Shown here piece by piece: positions 1 to 9,374 of a stretch of DNA of 64,000 nt. This DNA is from an uncultured Dehalococcoidia bacterium (GTDB lineage Bacteria > Chloroflexota > Dehalococcoidia > Lucifugimonadales > UBA3495): contig CATMOE010000012.1 of NCBI GenBank assembly GCA_950072105.1, positions 1-64,000 of the forward strand, read 5' to 3'. The notes under the pieces are model-generated. The model worked only from the letters and a program-made list of their open reading frames with translations. It did no database searches and was not told the DNA's origin. How positions within the stretch are numbered: the stretch's first letter is position 1; each line of letters begins with the position of its first letter. A program made the translations under genes and the position numbers.

Positions 1-77
<77 letters not shown>

Positions 78-318
78 ATACGGAGCACAGGTAAGGTCTG
101 TTACACCAAGACGTAAGTCAAGGTGGAGGCCGAACCCAGCTTCCAGGTCGAACAGTGGATGTCCCGAATCGGATGCCTTTGGTTGAGCTATGCTCCCGGG
201 CAAAAGAAACGGTTCCCTATGAAAGTCCGCTGTAGCCTCCCCGGTTTAGCCGGGGAAACAATTAACCATGCAACTTAATCTTCGCTTCCTTCCGCTATTC
301 AGCCGTTAAGGCTCCTAT

Positions 319-349
319 AAAAAAGTCCCGATGTTGTCGGGGCTTTTTT
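319..349. terminator. Bidirectional intrinsic terminator between the 16S gene and the convergent hydrolase
   Basis: AAAAAAGTCCCGA-tgttg-TCGGGGCTTTTTT: GC stem with A and T tracts on both sides. Confidence 0.8.
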
Positions 350-363
350 GTTGGCATTTTTTG

Positions 364-549
364 CCACAGAGACACTGAGGGCACGGAGCTTATTTTGCTA
401 ATACCCCGTAGCCCCGTGCCCAAGTACGTGTAATGCCTAGATCTAGCCTGGCGCCAAACCAATATTACGGCCACGGGAAAAATTGCGCGGAGAAGTTGAC
501 GGCGCGGATAATTTTGTATCCGTCCTCCGTGTTCTCCGCGCCTCTGTGG
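364..549. repeat. Inverted pair of ~25-bp REP-like repeats (CTC(C/T)GTG periodic family)
   Basis: 364-388 CCACAGAGACACTGAGGGCACGGAG and 525-549 CTCCGTGTTCTCCGCGCCTCTGTGG are reverse complements at 20/25 positions. A third copy lies at 26581-26608. Confidence 0.7.
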
Positions 550-557
550 TGAAACCC

Positions 558-1388
558 CTACTTCCCCCACTTCCCCGCCTCAACCGCTGTCAGGAAGTCC
601 AGGACGGTGCGGTTGAAGAGGTCGGGCTCTTCCAGGTTGATAGTGTGGCCGCTTTGGGGGAAGACGGATAGGCCGGCGTGGGGGATGCGGCGCTTCATGA
701 AAGCGGCTGATTCCACGCACGGCTCGTCTTCGTCACCGATCATGATTAGCGTGGGCACTTGGAGTTGGCGCAGGCTTTCCTCCAGGGCGTAGACGGTGGG
801 ACGCTTCATCTGGAAACCTTGAAAGGTCAGCGACGAACCTAGGGCCGAGTGGGCCGCCAACTCGTCATGGAACACTTGCCATCCCTTGGGGTCTTTCCGC
901 AGGAACTGCAATCGAGCTTCGCCCCTGGCGTAATCGTGGGCCACTGCCGCCATCCCTTCGGACAACAGCCGGTCGGCTACGACCTGCGCGCTGGCTAGGA
1001 ATGCTTCGCGGTCGTCGGAGCCCGAGCCGGCCGAAGCGACGATTATTCCGCGGCACATCTCCGGATGAGCGATGGCGAAGTTGAGGGCGACGGTTCCGCC
1101 CATGGAAAGGCCTCCGATGTAAGCCTCATCGATTCGCAGGTGCCGCAACAGCAGGTAAAGGTCCTCTACCACGAGGTCTTGGGAATAGGCATCGGGGTCT
1201 TCGGGGACGTCCGACGGGGGATACCCCCGGGCAGAGTAGGTGATCACCCGGTAGCGGCGGGAAAAGAACTTGACCTGGGGGTCCCAGCTTGGATAGTTCC
1301 CGGCGAATTCGTGACTCCAGACCAAGGGGAATCCTTCGCCGGTTTCTTCGTAGTAAAGGTTGACGCCGTTGGCGGAAAATGTGGCCAT
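558..1388 (-). CDS. Alpha/beta fold hydrolase (enol-lactonase/AB_hydrolase_1-like)
   Basis: GLSMGG nucleophile elbow, GDED acid, SGHTINLEEP catalytic His; GGAGG RBS. Confidence 0.9.
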   Translation of the reverse strand: MATFSANGVNLYYEETGEGFPLVWSHEFAGNYPSWDPQVKFFSRRYRVITYSARGYPPSDVPEDPDAYSQDLVVEDLYLLLRHLRIDEAYIGGLSMGGTVALNFAIAHPEMCRGIIVASAGSGSDDREAFLASAQVVADRLLSEGMAAVAHDYARGEARLQFLRKDPKGWQVFHDELAAHSALGSSLTFQGFQMKRPTVYALEESLRQLQVPTLIMIGDEDEPCVESAAFMKRRIPHAGLSVFPQSGHTINLEEPDLFNRTVLDFLTAVEAGKWGK

Positions 1389-1500
1389 GCTTACCCTCCC
1401 GATATTACTAGCTCCCGATGATAAAGGGGGCTAACCGGCAGGTCAATCAAGGCCACGTCAGACTGAACCAGATACTATGGATGCCGCTTAATCGGGGTTC

Positions 1501-2424
1501 TTACGACATCAAGTGGGTTTCGAACCAAGCCAGGGTTTCCCGCCAAGCGCCACCGGCAGCTTCGGGATGGTACCTACGTCCCGTATCGTTGAAGAAGGCG
1601 TGGTTGGCCCCCTCGAAGGTCCGGAATTTATACGTCTTTCCCAAACCCTTCAGAGCGGCTTCCAGGTCCGGCACCCCGGCGTTGATGCGGTTGTCCTCGG
1701 ACCCAAATATTCCCAGAACGGGGACGTTCATATTGGGCACTTCTTCCAGAGGCGGGGCGCTGCCGTAGAAGGGAACCGCCGCCCGTATCTCCGGATTGCG
1801 GACGGCCAGCAGCCAGGTAATGCTTCCGCCAAAGCAGAACCCCATGACTCCCACCCGCTCCCTGCGGACAAAGTCCTGGGCCTGCAGATATGCGACCCCC
1901 GCGTCCGCGTCGCCGACGATCTGGTCTCTGGCAATCTTTCGCAGAGCGTCCCGCGCCGCGTCGGTGCTGGCGAAAGTGCCCGTCCCTCCCTCCCGAGACA
2001 ACATGTCAATGGCCAAAGCGGCATAACCCTCCACCGCCAGACGGCGGGTAACGTCGGAGAAATGGGGCAGCAGGCCTCTGTTTTCGTGGATCACCAACAC
2101 CGCCGGATGCGGTCCCGGGCCGGTGGGGCGCGAAAGGTAACCCTTTAAGCTGTCGCCGTTGCCCTGGAACTCCACCGGTCCCGCTCGGATCCGGGGGTCG
2201 TTCTCAGCCACTCTGACCCCGGCCTGGGGTTCAGCGGGAGGCGGCGTCGCCATTGCCGGGATGGCGGTGGGAGCAACGAGGGTTGCCTCTACGCCACAAG
2301 CCAACGCGGCAACGGAACCGCCAGCGGCGACAGCGGCTAGACGAAGAAATCCCCTCCAGGAAACCGTTCGGTTTATCCGATCTTCGGCGGGGACACCGCC
2401 GTCATCGAGTTGCAAGTCCTTCAT
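1501..2424 (-). CDS. Dienelactone hydrolase family protein with a Tat-like lipoprotein leader
   Basis: VIHENRGL, GFCFGG and HAFFND motifs; AGGAGG RBS before MKDLQ; leader SWRGFL...ALAC. Confidence 0.9.
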   Translation of the reverse strand: MKDLQLDDGGVPAEDRINRTVSWRGFLRLAAVAAGGSVAALACGVEATLVAPTAIPAMATPPPAEPQAGVRVAENDPRIRAGPVEFQGNGDSLKGYLSRPTGPGPHPAVLVIHENRGLLPHFSDVTRRLAVEGYAALAIDMLSREGGTGTFASTDAARDALRKIARDQIVGDADAGVAYLQAQDFVRRERVGVMGFCFGGSITWLLAVRNPEIRAAVPFYGSAPPLEEVPNMNVPVLGIFGSEDNRINAGVPDLEAALKGLGKTYKFRTFEGANHAFFNDTGRRYHPEAAGGAWRETLAWFETHLMS

Positions 2425-2795
2425 ATTCAACCTCCTATGATTTATGGGCTGGAGATCACACGGTTGATGATTGCCAAGCAATCAACGGAGTCACGATCGC
2501 CGTTTGGCGCAGGCGGATTGCTTGCGGCCGAGATTTCTCCCCTGTGTACGCAGCATCGAATGCAGCAGATTCTAAAGCTATTATACGTTCAAGCAATCAC
2601 CTGTCAGACGATGCGTTTAGTTTTGCAGATTCGTGATCTGCCCCGGCCAATCCCCGGCTCTCGTCCGCCGAGCCATGTTATCATCGATAGGAATTGATCG
2701 AGAATTCAACCATCGCAGAGTGAAATAGCGGTTACCGTGTGCATAACCGCTGCGCCGGTCGTTCCAACGATCCCCATTCAAATCTCGGAGAATCG

Positions 2796-3374
2796 ATGAA
2801 AGTCACCGAACGAACCACTATAAGAATCCATCCGGAACGAGAGGTACCCGAAGAAGCGGTGGAAATATTATCCGCGGGGATGGTTGCCCACGTCGGCATC
2901 GTGGAAGGCAATCAACCGCTGGTTATTCCACTTTCCTATCATTACGATCCGTCAAAGCCCGATCTGTTGTACCTCCATGGGGGTGTCAAGAGCCGGATCA
3001 TGGCTAATCTGGCTAACGGTGCGCCGGTCTGCGTGACGGTCACCCTGTTGGACGGGCTGGTCTACTCCCGCAAAGCCATGAATCATTCCATGAACTACCG
3101 CAGCGTGGTTTTGCTGGGCAAGGCTCGGGCCATCACCGACCGGCAGGAAAAGCTCGACCTGTTCGACCAGATGGTACACCGCTACTTTGGAGACCGGAGC
3201 CTGGAAACCGACTACAACCCGCCCCCGGCGAAGGACCTGGGCGCGACCGCCTTGGTTGAAGTGACGATTGAAGAGTGGAACGCCAAAGCCCGGCGTGGAG
3301 CTCCAACAGGTCCGGACGACGATTCGGACGACGCGGCCGGCAGCGCGGGTGTGATCGAGCTTAGAGAACTTTAA
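2796..3374 (+). CDS. Pyridoxamine 5'-phosphate oxidase-like flavin-binding protein (NimA/Pyridox_ox_2-like)
   Basis: LYLHG, VCVTVTLLDGLV and HSMNYRSVVLLG motifs; GGAG RBS before MKVTER. Confidence 0.85.
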   Translation: MKVTERTTIRIHPEREVPEEAVEILSAGMVAHVGIVEGNQPLVIPLSYHYDPSKPDLLYLHGGVKSRIMANLANGAPVCVTVTLLDGLVYSRKAMNHSMNYRSVVLLGKARAITDRQEKLDLFDQMVHRYFGDRSLETDYNPPPAKDLGATALVEVTIEEWNAKARRGAPTGPDDDSDDAAGSAGVIELREL

Positions 3375-3402
3375 CCGGGCTTTTTGAACGAGAGGTAGCA
3401 CT

Positions 3403-3870
3403 ATGGGTGTTTTAACCGACGATATGAAAAGAGTGGTGCGGGAGCAGCGCCTGGGCTACATCGCCACCGTCTGCCCTGACGGTACCCCCAATCTGTCACC
3501 CAAGGCCACGATGAAGGTGTGGGATGACGACCATCTGGTGTTCGCGGACCTAGCTTCCCCTGGAACGATCGCTAACTTGCGGCAAAACTCGGCCATCGAG
3601 ATTAACATGGTGGACCACTTCATCCGCAAAGGCTACCGCTTCAAGGGAACCGCCGAAGTGATCGGCTCAGGCCCTGAGTTCGACAACGTGATGACTCTGT
3701 TCGCAGATCGGCAAGCCGGAGTCAACGCCGCCATCCGAAATTTTGTCATGATGACGGTCACCAGAGCACTGCCGGTTATTTCTCCGGGGTACGTTAACGA
3801 CGTCACCGAGTCCCAGATGTTAGCGCAGTGGGAAGAATATTACGCCTCGGTGAACGCCCGCTTCGCCTGA
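3403..3870 (+). CDS. PPOX-class split-barrel FMN/F420-binding protein
   Basis: YIATVCPDGTPNLSPK, SPGTIANLRQN and RKGYRFKG motifs. Confidence 0.85.
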   Translation: MGVLTDDMKRVVREQRLGYIATVCPDGTPNLSPKATMKVWDDDHLVFADLASPGTIANLRQNSAIEINMVDHFIRKGYRFKGTAEVIGSGPEFDNVMTLFADRQAGVNAAIRNFVMMTVTRALPVISPGYVNDVTESQMLAQWEEYYASVNARFA

Positions 3871-3926
3871 GCCCCAGATGATCCTCGGTCTTTCGAAAGG
3901 TCCCAACCGAAATCGATGGAGGTTAC

Positions 3927-4316
3927 ATGAGTACTTCGATCAGCGGAAGAGAGCTACGTATCGTGAAGGGTACGGCGTCCCCCGATACCACCACCCAGAC
4001 CCCGGGCATGATTCGAAAGCCCGGGATTGACAGCAATACCGCCGGAGCCACGAAGATCTGGCTCGGGCACGTGGAATGTCTGCCCAACACCATGGGGCCA
4101 CCGCACCATCACGGGGAGGCCGAGACCGCGGCTTATATCGTTAAAGGACACATACGGGTTTACTACGGCGAGGACTATAAGGAATATATCGAAGGCGGCC
4201 CCGGTGATTTTATCTTCGTGCCCGCCAACTTCAACCACATTGAAGGGAATCCCTACGACGAGCCGGCGGAAGCGATACTATCCAGGGGCCCGGACAACAT
4301 CGTCATAAATCTATAA
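3927..4316 (+). CDS. Cupin domain protein
   Basis: PHHHGEAET and GPGDFIFVPANFNHIEGN cupin motifs. Confidence 0.88.
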   Translation: MSTSISGRELRIVKGTASPDTTTQTPGMIRKPGIDSNTAGATKIWLGHVECLPNTMGPPHHHGEAETAAYIVKGHIRVYYGEDYKEYIEGGPGDFIFVPANFNHIEGNPYDEPAEAILSRGPDNIVINL

Positions 4317-4492
4317 TCCAGGTTTCTCAGGTTTTGATCCCGTACCCATGACAGGCTCGGACAGCTAGGTCCGGGCCTGTCAACTTTTGGCTATGCCTTT
4401 GAAAAGCGGCAACGTTCAAACATGGGAAATAGAGACTGTATGCCGCATCTAGTGCCCAGCGGGGGAAAGGGCCGATTTTGTCCGAGGAGTAG

Positions 4493-5224
4493 ATGATGCC
4501 CGATCCGGCGTCAATGGCAATCTTGGCTGGCATTACTCTGCTGGCATTTACAATCGCGGGCCTCGCCGGTTTCGGTGGCGGCTTGATCGTTATGCCGGTG
4601 CTGGTGTGGATGCTCGGGCCAAGGGAGGCTGTGCCAATCATCACCTTAGTACAGCTTGTCGGGGCAGCTTCTCGTACGGGACTGAACTGGAAGGAAATAT
4701 CTTGGCCTGTGTTGAAATGGTCGGCGCTGGGTTCAATACCAATCTCGGCTCTTGCGAGTTACTTATTCGTCGTCACGCCAGTGCCCGTATTTACTAGACT
4801 TCTGGGATTGCTGCTACTTGCGCTAGTGGCCCAACGGCACACCCAATGGGGCAGAGGCAGGAGCATAAAGCTGCGAAGTTTTGTCTTGGTAGGAGGTGCG
4901 AACGGTCTAGTGTCCGGTTACCTGGGAACGCCTGGGCCGCTCGCTGCGCCGTTTTACCTTGCCTATGGGCTGACCGGAGTTGGGTTTGTGGGTACTACCG
5001 CCGCTGGCGTACTGCTCACCCAGCTACCCAAGATTCCCGTATTTGCTAGTACCGCTTTGCTGGGTACTCAAGTCCTATATATAGCCGCTGCCATGGGAGT
5101 GATGGCCTTTGTAGGCTCAGTAGTGGGGAAACGGATATCCGGCAAGGTGTCCGACCGGTGGTTTCTAGCGATCGTCGAGACCCTGCTTGTTTTGAGTGGC
5201 ATCGCCCTGATTGCCCTGGATTAG
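4493..5224 (+). CDS. TauE/SafE (TSUP) family sulfite exporter-like membrane protein
   Basis: GLAGFGGGLIVMP motif, second-half GTPGP motif, multiple TM helices. Confidence 0.85.
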   Translation: MMPDPASMAILAGITLLAFTIAGLAGFGGGLIVMPVLVWMLGPREAVPIITLVQLVGAASRTGLNWKEISWPVLKWSALGSIPISALASYLFVVTPVPVFTRLLGLLLLALVAQRHTQWGRGRSIKLRSFVLVGGANGLVSGYLGTPGPLAAPFYLAYGLTGVGFVGTTAAGVLLTQLPKIPVFASTALLGTQVLYIAAAMGVMAFVGSVVGKRISGKVSDRWFLAIVETLLVLSGIALIALD

Positions 5225-5279
5225 GTTCTGCTACCGGTATGTCAAAGAGTTGTAAGGGCGCCATCAATCGGATCTCAGA

Positions 5280-6674
5280 CTAGTGCCCATACGTAACACT
5301 AGCAATCTCCTCTGGCGTCAGGGTCAGGGACGGCATCAACTCATTCACGTTAGCCACTTTCTCCAGTTCGTTGACCCGGCGGATAATCTCCTCGGTCCGA
5401 GCCGCGCCCAGAACTGGCTCCAACAGGTTGCGGGACTTCTTGTTAACGTCCTCGGTGTCCATCGGGTTCTGGCTGGTGCCGTAAGCGTGGGGCGTGAAAT
5501 GTTCCACTGTCCGCCCATCCTTCAAGACAACTTCCACCTTGGCGCTGCGGGGAGCCTCCCGGTCCATGAGGGCGGCTGAAGGCACCAAACTTACCCGCTC
5601 TTTCACCGCCAACACTTCGGGGTCCGACATGCGCTCATAGGAGTGGGTGGACTCAAAGGTGACCGAGCCGTCGATCAGGGCCAACGCGATCATGTGCTGG
5701 CAGTTAACGTCGGGCATGGACCGGCCGTTGACGATCCTAGCGCCGTCTTCGGGAAGGTTGACCGTGATGCTGGCCACGTCGGCCACCGTCAAGCCGTGCT
5801 GGCGATGTAGGACGAAGAATGCGTCGAGAGCCGCCTGGATGGGGTATCCCACCGGATAGGGTTTGATCGCCGTCTCAGTTATGAAAAAGCGGCTGCCCAA
5901 ACCCTTAACCATCTCATCCGGGCTGGGTGACGGCGAAAGGGCATCCAGTACGTTATGTTCGCCTTCCAGAATGTCCCACACTCCGGTGAAGCCTTCTTGC
6001 ACCATGGTGACGGCGGTGACGCCGTTGCGAGCGCCCATGCCGGAGAAATCGAACGCCTTTTCCACATGCTCAACGTCCCTCACCCAGCTCCAGAGCCCCG
6101 ACGTCTGCTGAGCGGCGTAAGACAGGACGTAACGCATGCCGCCCTCGTTCAGCTTGGCGATGGACGCCGCCGCGGCCGCGCTGCCCATAGTAGAACCGGT
6201 GCCTTCGGCGCTGCGATGGCCGCCGCGCACCAAGTCCGGCCCCAGAGCGTAGAGGAAGCGGCAGCACACGTCGTAGCCCAGCACAACGGCCCGCAGCAAC
6301 TCCTCGCCGGAACTGCCTTCCCGCTCCGCCATGGCCAAGGCCGAGGGCACCACCGAGCAACCGGGGTGGGTCTTGGTCACCGGCTCGAAATCGTCGGTCT
6401 CGTCGGCGTGGCCGAACATCCCGTTGGCCAGCGCGGCGTTCACGGCGGAGGTCTTCAGGTCCGTCGCCAAGACCGAGGATTCGGGGGCCCCGCCTTGACG
6501 CCGGGTGTACTTAGTTGCCATTTCTCCCGGCACAAGGCGAGCGCCGGAGACCATGGCGGCAAGGGTGTCCAAGATACGGTGTTTGCCCGCTTGCGCTACC
6601 TCCGGTGGCAAACTCTTGTCTCTAGCCTCAACCATGAACCGGGCCAACTGTCCGGTGATGTCCGTGGCAGCCAT
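5280..6674 (-). CDS. MmgE/PrpD family protein
   Basis: NGMFGHADETDD, THPG and IKPYPVG motifs; GGAGG RBS. Confidence 0.92.
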   Translation of the reverse strand: MAATDITGQLARFMVEARDKSLPPEVAQAGKHRILDTLAAMVSGARLVPGEMATKYTRRQGGAPESSVLATDLKTSAVNAALANGMFGHADETDDFEPVTKTHPGCSVVPSALAMAEREGSSGEELLRAVVLGYDVCCRFLYALGPDLVRGGHRSAEGTGSTMGSAAAAASIAKLNEGGMRYVLSYAAQQTSGLWSWVRDVEHVEKAFDFSGMGARNGVTAVTMVQEGFTGVWDILEGEHNVLDALSPSPSPDEMVKGLGSRFFITETAIKPYPVGYPIQAALDAFFVLHRQHGLTVADVASITVNLPEDGARIVNGRSMPDVNCQHMIALALIDGSVTFESTHSYERMSDPEVLAVKERVSLVPSAALMDREAPRSAKVEVVLKDGRTVEHFTPHAYGTSQNPMDTEDVNKKSRNLLEPVLGAARTEEIIRRVNELEKVANVNELMPSLTLTPEEIASVTYGH

Positions 6675-6735
6675 TCGTTCCTCCAAACGTATTTTGGTCC
6701 AACTGGAATCGATGGATCCCAGTCAACCGGCTCCT

Positions 6736-7707
6736 CTACACCAATGGCCAAACCTGAGTAGCCAGCGACTCCATCTGCCGCCGGATATCATCCAGGCTGT
6801 TGCTGAGCCGGATAAAGTCCACCGTCATGTGGCTTACACCCATCTCCTCGTATCTCCTAATATCCCCGGCGATCTCCTCGGCCCGGCCGGTGAAGAGGCG
6901 CCGTTCTTCGGACGGAGAGAAGGAAGGCGTGCCACCCTTGGGAACGAGCTCGTATTGATGGGTACGGTAGATGACGTCGATGTCCGCCATGCTCCGGCCG
7001 GCCGCTTCGGCTTGACGGGAGAGACGCCTCATCCCGGCAGCAAGTTGTTCCGGCTCCCCCATGGGAAATTGCGGGTTGGAGCCGATGGGGTACCAGCCGT
7101 TCCCCAACTGGGCCGCGCGTCTGATGGCAGGCCGGCTTTCACCACCGACCCAGATGGGCGGATGGGGCTTCTGCACCGGCTTGGGCAGGAACGATATGTT
7201 GGAAAACTGGCAATATTCACCCTGGAAGGACGGGTTGTCACTGGTCCAAAGCTCCTTGAAAGCCCGGATGTATTCATTAGTGACGGCCCCCCGCTCTTTG
7301 AAGGGCGGCAGTCCCAATGCCTCGAACTCCTCTTGCATCCAGCCCACGCCAACTCCCACGATGACCCGGCCTTGGGAGAGAACGTCCAGCGTAGCCAATG
7401 CTTTGGCGGTCACCACCGGGTTGCGGTGCGGAACTATCATAACGCTGGTGCCCAGTTTAATAGTCTTGGTTTGTCCGGCCAAGAACGCCAACACCGTCAG
7501 TTGCTCCATCGACTCTCCGGTGACGGACCCAGGGAATTCCCCGCCTTCAGTGTAGGGATAGGTTGAGGATATCTCCCTGGGAACAACGATATGGTCGCTG
7601 GCCATCAAACAAAAAAATCCCAGTTCTTCGCCGTGACGGGCGATGATGCCCAGGTTCTCCGGCGTGGCCAAGGGTCCTCGTCCGGGCAAGGTAAATCCGT
7701 ATTTCAT
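6736..7707 (-). CDS. LLM class (luciferase-like) probable F420-dependent oxidoreductase
   Basis: SDHIVVP, LGTSVMIVPHRNP, GVGVGWMQEEF and PKPVQKPHPPIWVGG motifs. Confidence 0.92.
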   Translation of the reverse strand: MKYGFTLPGRGPLATPENLGIIARHGEELGFFCLMASDHIVVPREISSTYPYTEGGEFPGSVTGESMEQLTVLAFLAGQTKTIKLGTSVMIVPHRNPVVTAKALATLDVLSQGRVIVGVGVGWMQEEFEALGLPPFKERGAVTNEYIRAFKELWTSDNPSFQGEYCQFSNISFLPKPVQKPHPPIWVGGESRPAIRRAAQLGNGWYPIGSNPQFPMGEPEQLAAGMRRLSRQAEAAGRSMADIDVIYRTHQYELVPKGGTPSFSPSEERRLFTGRAEEIAGDIRRYEEMGVSHMTVDFIRLSNSLDDIRRQMESLATQVWPLV

Positions 7708-7756
7708 CGATTCAACTCCTCCGATCGATCTGCCCAGAATGAAGCGGCAAACGAAA

Positions 7757-8755
7757 TCAGGCCTCGGCCGCCATCAACTCTTCCACCACCCGCCAGGTCC
7801 GCGCCAATGCCCCTTTATGATTCTCCACGTTTCCGATCAAGGTCGGACCTTCACGCCGGATTGCTGACGCTACGAATTCATTTAGCTGATTCTCAGTACG
7901 GATCCGCACCACGTCAACCAGATTTCGATAAAGGTGGTTGAGCTCGTTGAAATCCCAGCCAACCTGAAAGAAGGCCGAAGGGGTACCCAGAACTAAGCTC
8001 TCCAGGGTAACCGTTGAAGCCATGGACATCGAAAACACAGAAGTTGCCAACAGCGCCCAGTTAGAGACATGGCCTTCCGCATCGAAGCGCAGAAAGCGAT
8101 GAGGCTGGCATACTAACTCCAGGACCTCCAGGTGGCGTGATCGGGGATGAGGCCGGACGATGACCGCCGGACGGTCTATATCGGTCGTAGGCAGTAACTC
8201 CGCCAAGGAGACAATAGCATCGATGGTGTCTTGCGTGTTGGGTGAACAGAAGAAGGATACGACCGACGCATCCATGGGTAATCCATAATCCTTGCGCACC
8301 TGTTCGCTGGTGTCTTGACGTGGGAGATTGGACAAGACCTCCAAGTGGCAATCGCCGGTCACCGTCACCGTGGCCGGGTCCGCGCCCAGGTCTAACACTT
8401 CTTGGTGACAACTGTCGTTGGAAACCATGAACCTGCTGGGGAAATCATCCGGGGTCATGGAATCAATCTTGGTCAGCGTCCCGATGTCTACCACCATCCC
8501 GGTGTGTATCCCAAGGGCTTTGCAGGCTTGGATCAAAGGCCATTCACCCTGGTTGCTGCTGCAGCCTAAAATCACAGACTTAAGGCTGATACTCTTGATA
8601 AACTCTGCGGCCTGGTCCTGATCCATCAAACCACGGCAGGTTGCCAGATCGATGAACTGGGCGTCAAACCCCAGACTCAGCGCATGCTCGTACACCGGTC
8701 TGATGTTGTTCTTTGCGCCGGGGTCATGGGCCGCGAAAAGTAACATCCACTCCAC
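7757..8755 (-). CDS. Hypothetical protein, GT-B-like (UDP-GlcNAc 2-epimerase / CDP-glycerol transferase-like)
   Basis: HDPGA N-terminus, VTVTGD, IVRPHPR and STVTLESLVLGTP, typical of GT-B C-terminal domains. Confidence 0.6.
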   Translation of the reverse strand: MEWMLLFAAHDPGAKNNIRPVYEHALSLGFDAQFIDLATCRGLMDQDQAAEFIKSISLKSVILGCSSNQGEWPLIQACKALGIHTGMVVDIGTLTKIDSMTPDDFPSRFMVSNDSCHQEVLDLGADPATVTVTGDCHLEVLSNLPRQDTSEQVRKDYGLPMDASVVSFFCSPNTQDTIDAIVSLAELLPTTDIDRPAVIVRPHPRSRHLEVLELVCQPHRFLRFDAEGHVSNWALLATSVFSMSMASTVTLESLVLGTPSAFFQVGWDFNELNHLYRNLVDVVRIRTENQLNEFVASAIRREGPTLIGNVENHKGALARTWRVVEELMAAEA

Positions 8756-9364
8756 CTAGGTTGTCTGGCCGGCCTCCCCGGCCATGGCCGCCTGCCGCGC
8801 CTCGGCTAACCTGGTTTGGCTCGCCTGGGTCCTCTCGTGGTCAAGCCCTAACACCCGTCGACGAGCGGCCAATGTTTCCTGATGCATATCAACCGCCCGC
8901 TTATAAGAGCCCACGGCGTAATAGCTGTTGGCCAGGCTGCTCCGGCTGCGCAGCGTATCCGGATGGTCCCACCCCAGCACCTCTGTCCGTTGAGCCATTA
9001 CATCCTGAAACAGCCGCATCGCTTCCTGATATCGTCCGGCGGCGTAGTAGGTGTTGGCTATACGGCTGCGGCCCCGCAGGGTGTCCGGATGATCTGGGCC
9101 CAGTTGCCCCACCAACAGATCGAGTAGCTGCCGGTACAGCGACAACGCGCGGTCGAATCTACCGGCGGCCCGGCAGGCCCTGGCCAGGTCGTTGCGATTG
9201 TCCAGGGTCCGCGGGTGGTCCTGGCCTAGATCCCCTTCCATCCGAGTCACAACTTCATCAAACTTATCTATAGCAGCCTGGAAGTGGCCTCCATCGTACT
9301 GGCGTCGAGCCTGGCGCTCGAGGGAGTCCAGGGACACCGGTTCGATGGGACTGGCATTTCTCAT
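8756..9364 (-). CDS. Tetratricopeptide repeat protein (kinesin-light-chain-like 42-aa repeats)
   Basis: Repeated LGxDHPxTL motif at ~42-aa spacing. Confidence 0.88.
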   Translation of the reverse strand: MRNASPIEPVSLDSLERQARRQYDGGHFQAAIDKFDEVVTRMEGDLGQDHPRTLDNRNDLARACRAAGRFDRALSLYRQLLDLLVGQLGPDHPDTLRGRSRIANTYYAAGRYQEAMRLFQDVMAQRTEVLGWDHPDTLRSRSSLANSYYAVGSYKRAVDMHQETLAARRRVLGLDHERTQASQTRLAEARQAAMAGEAGQTT

Positions 9365-9374
9365 CGCCCCGGAC

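Noticed and set aside
78..318. tRNA or 23S start in the spacer after the 16S gene
   Set aside because: No cloverleaf or T-loop GTTCGA arrangement and no 23S 5' motifs; a terminator follows at 319.
6505..7566. 353-aa plus-strand ORF and similar long antisense ORFs (e.g. 14415-15215, 25023-25853)
   Set aside because: Shadow ORFs opposite well-supported genes, expected in GC-rich DNA; no recognisable motifs.
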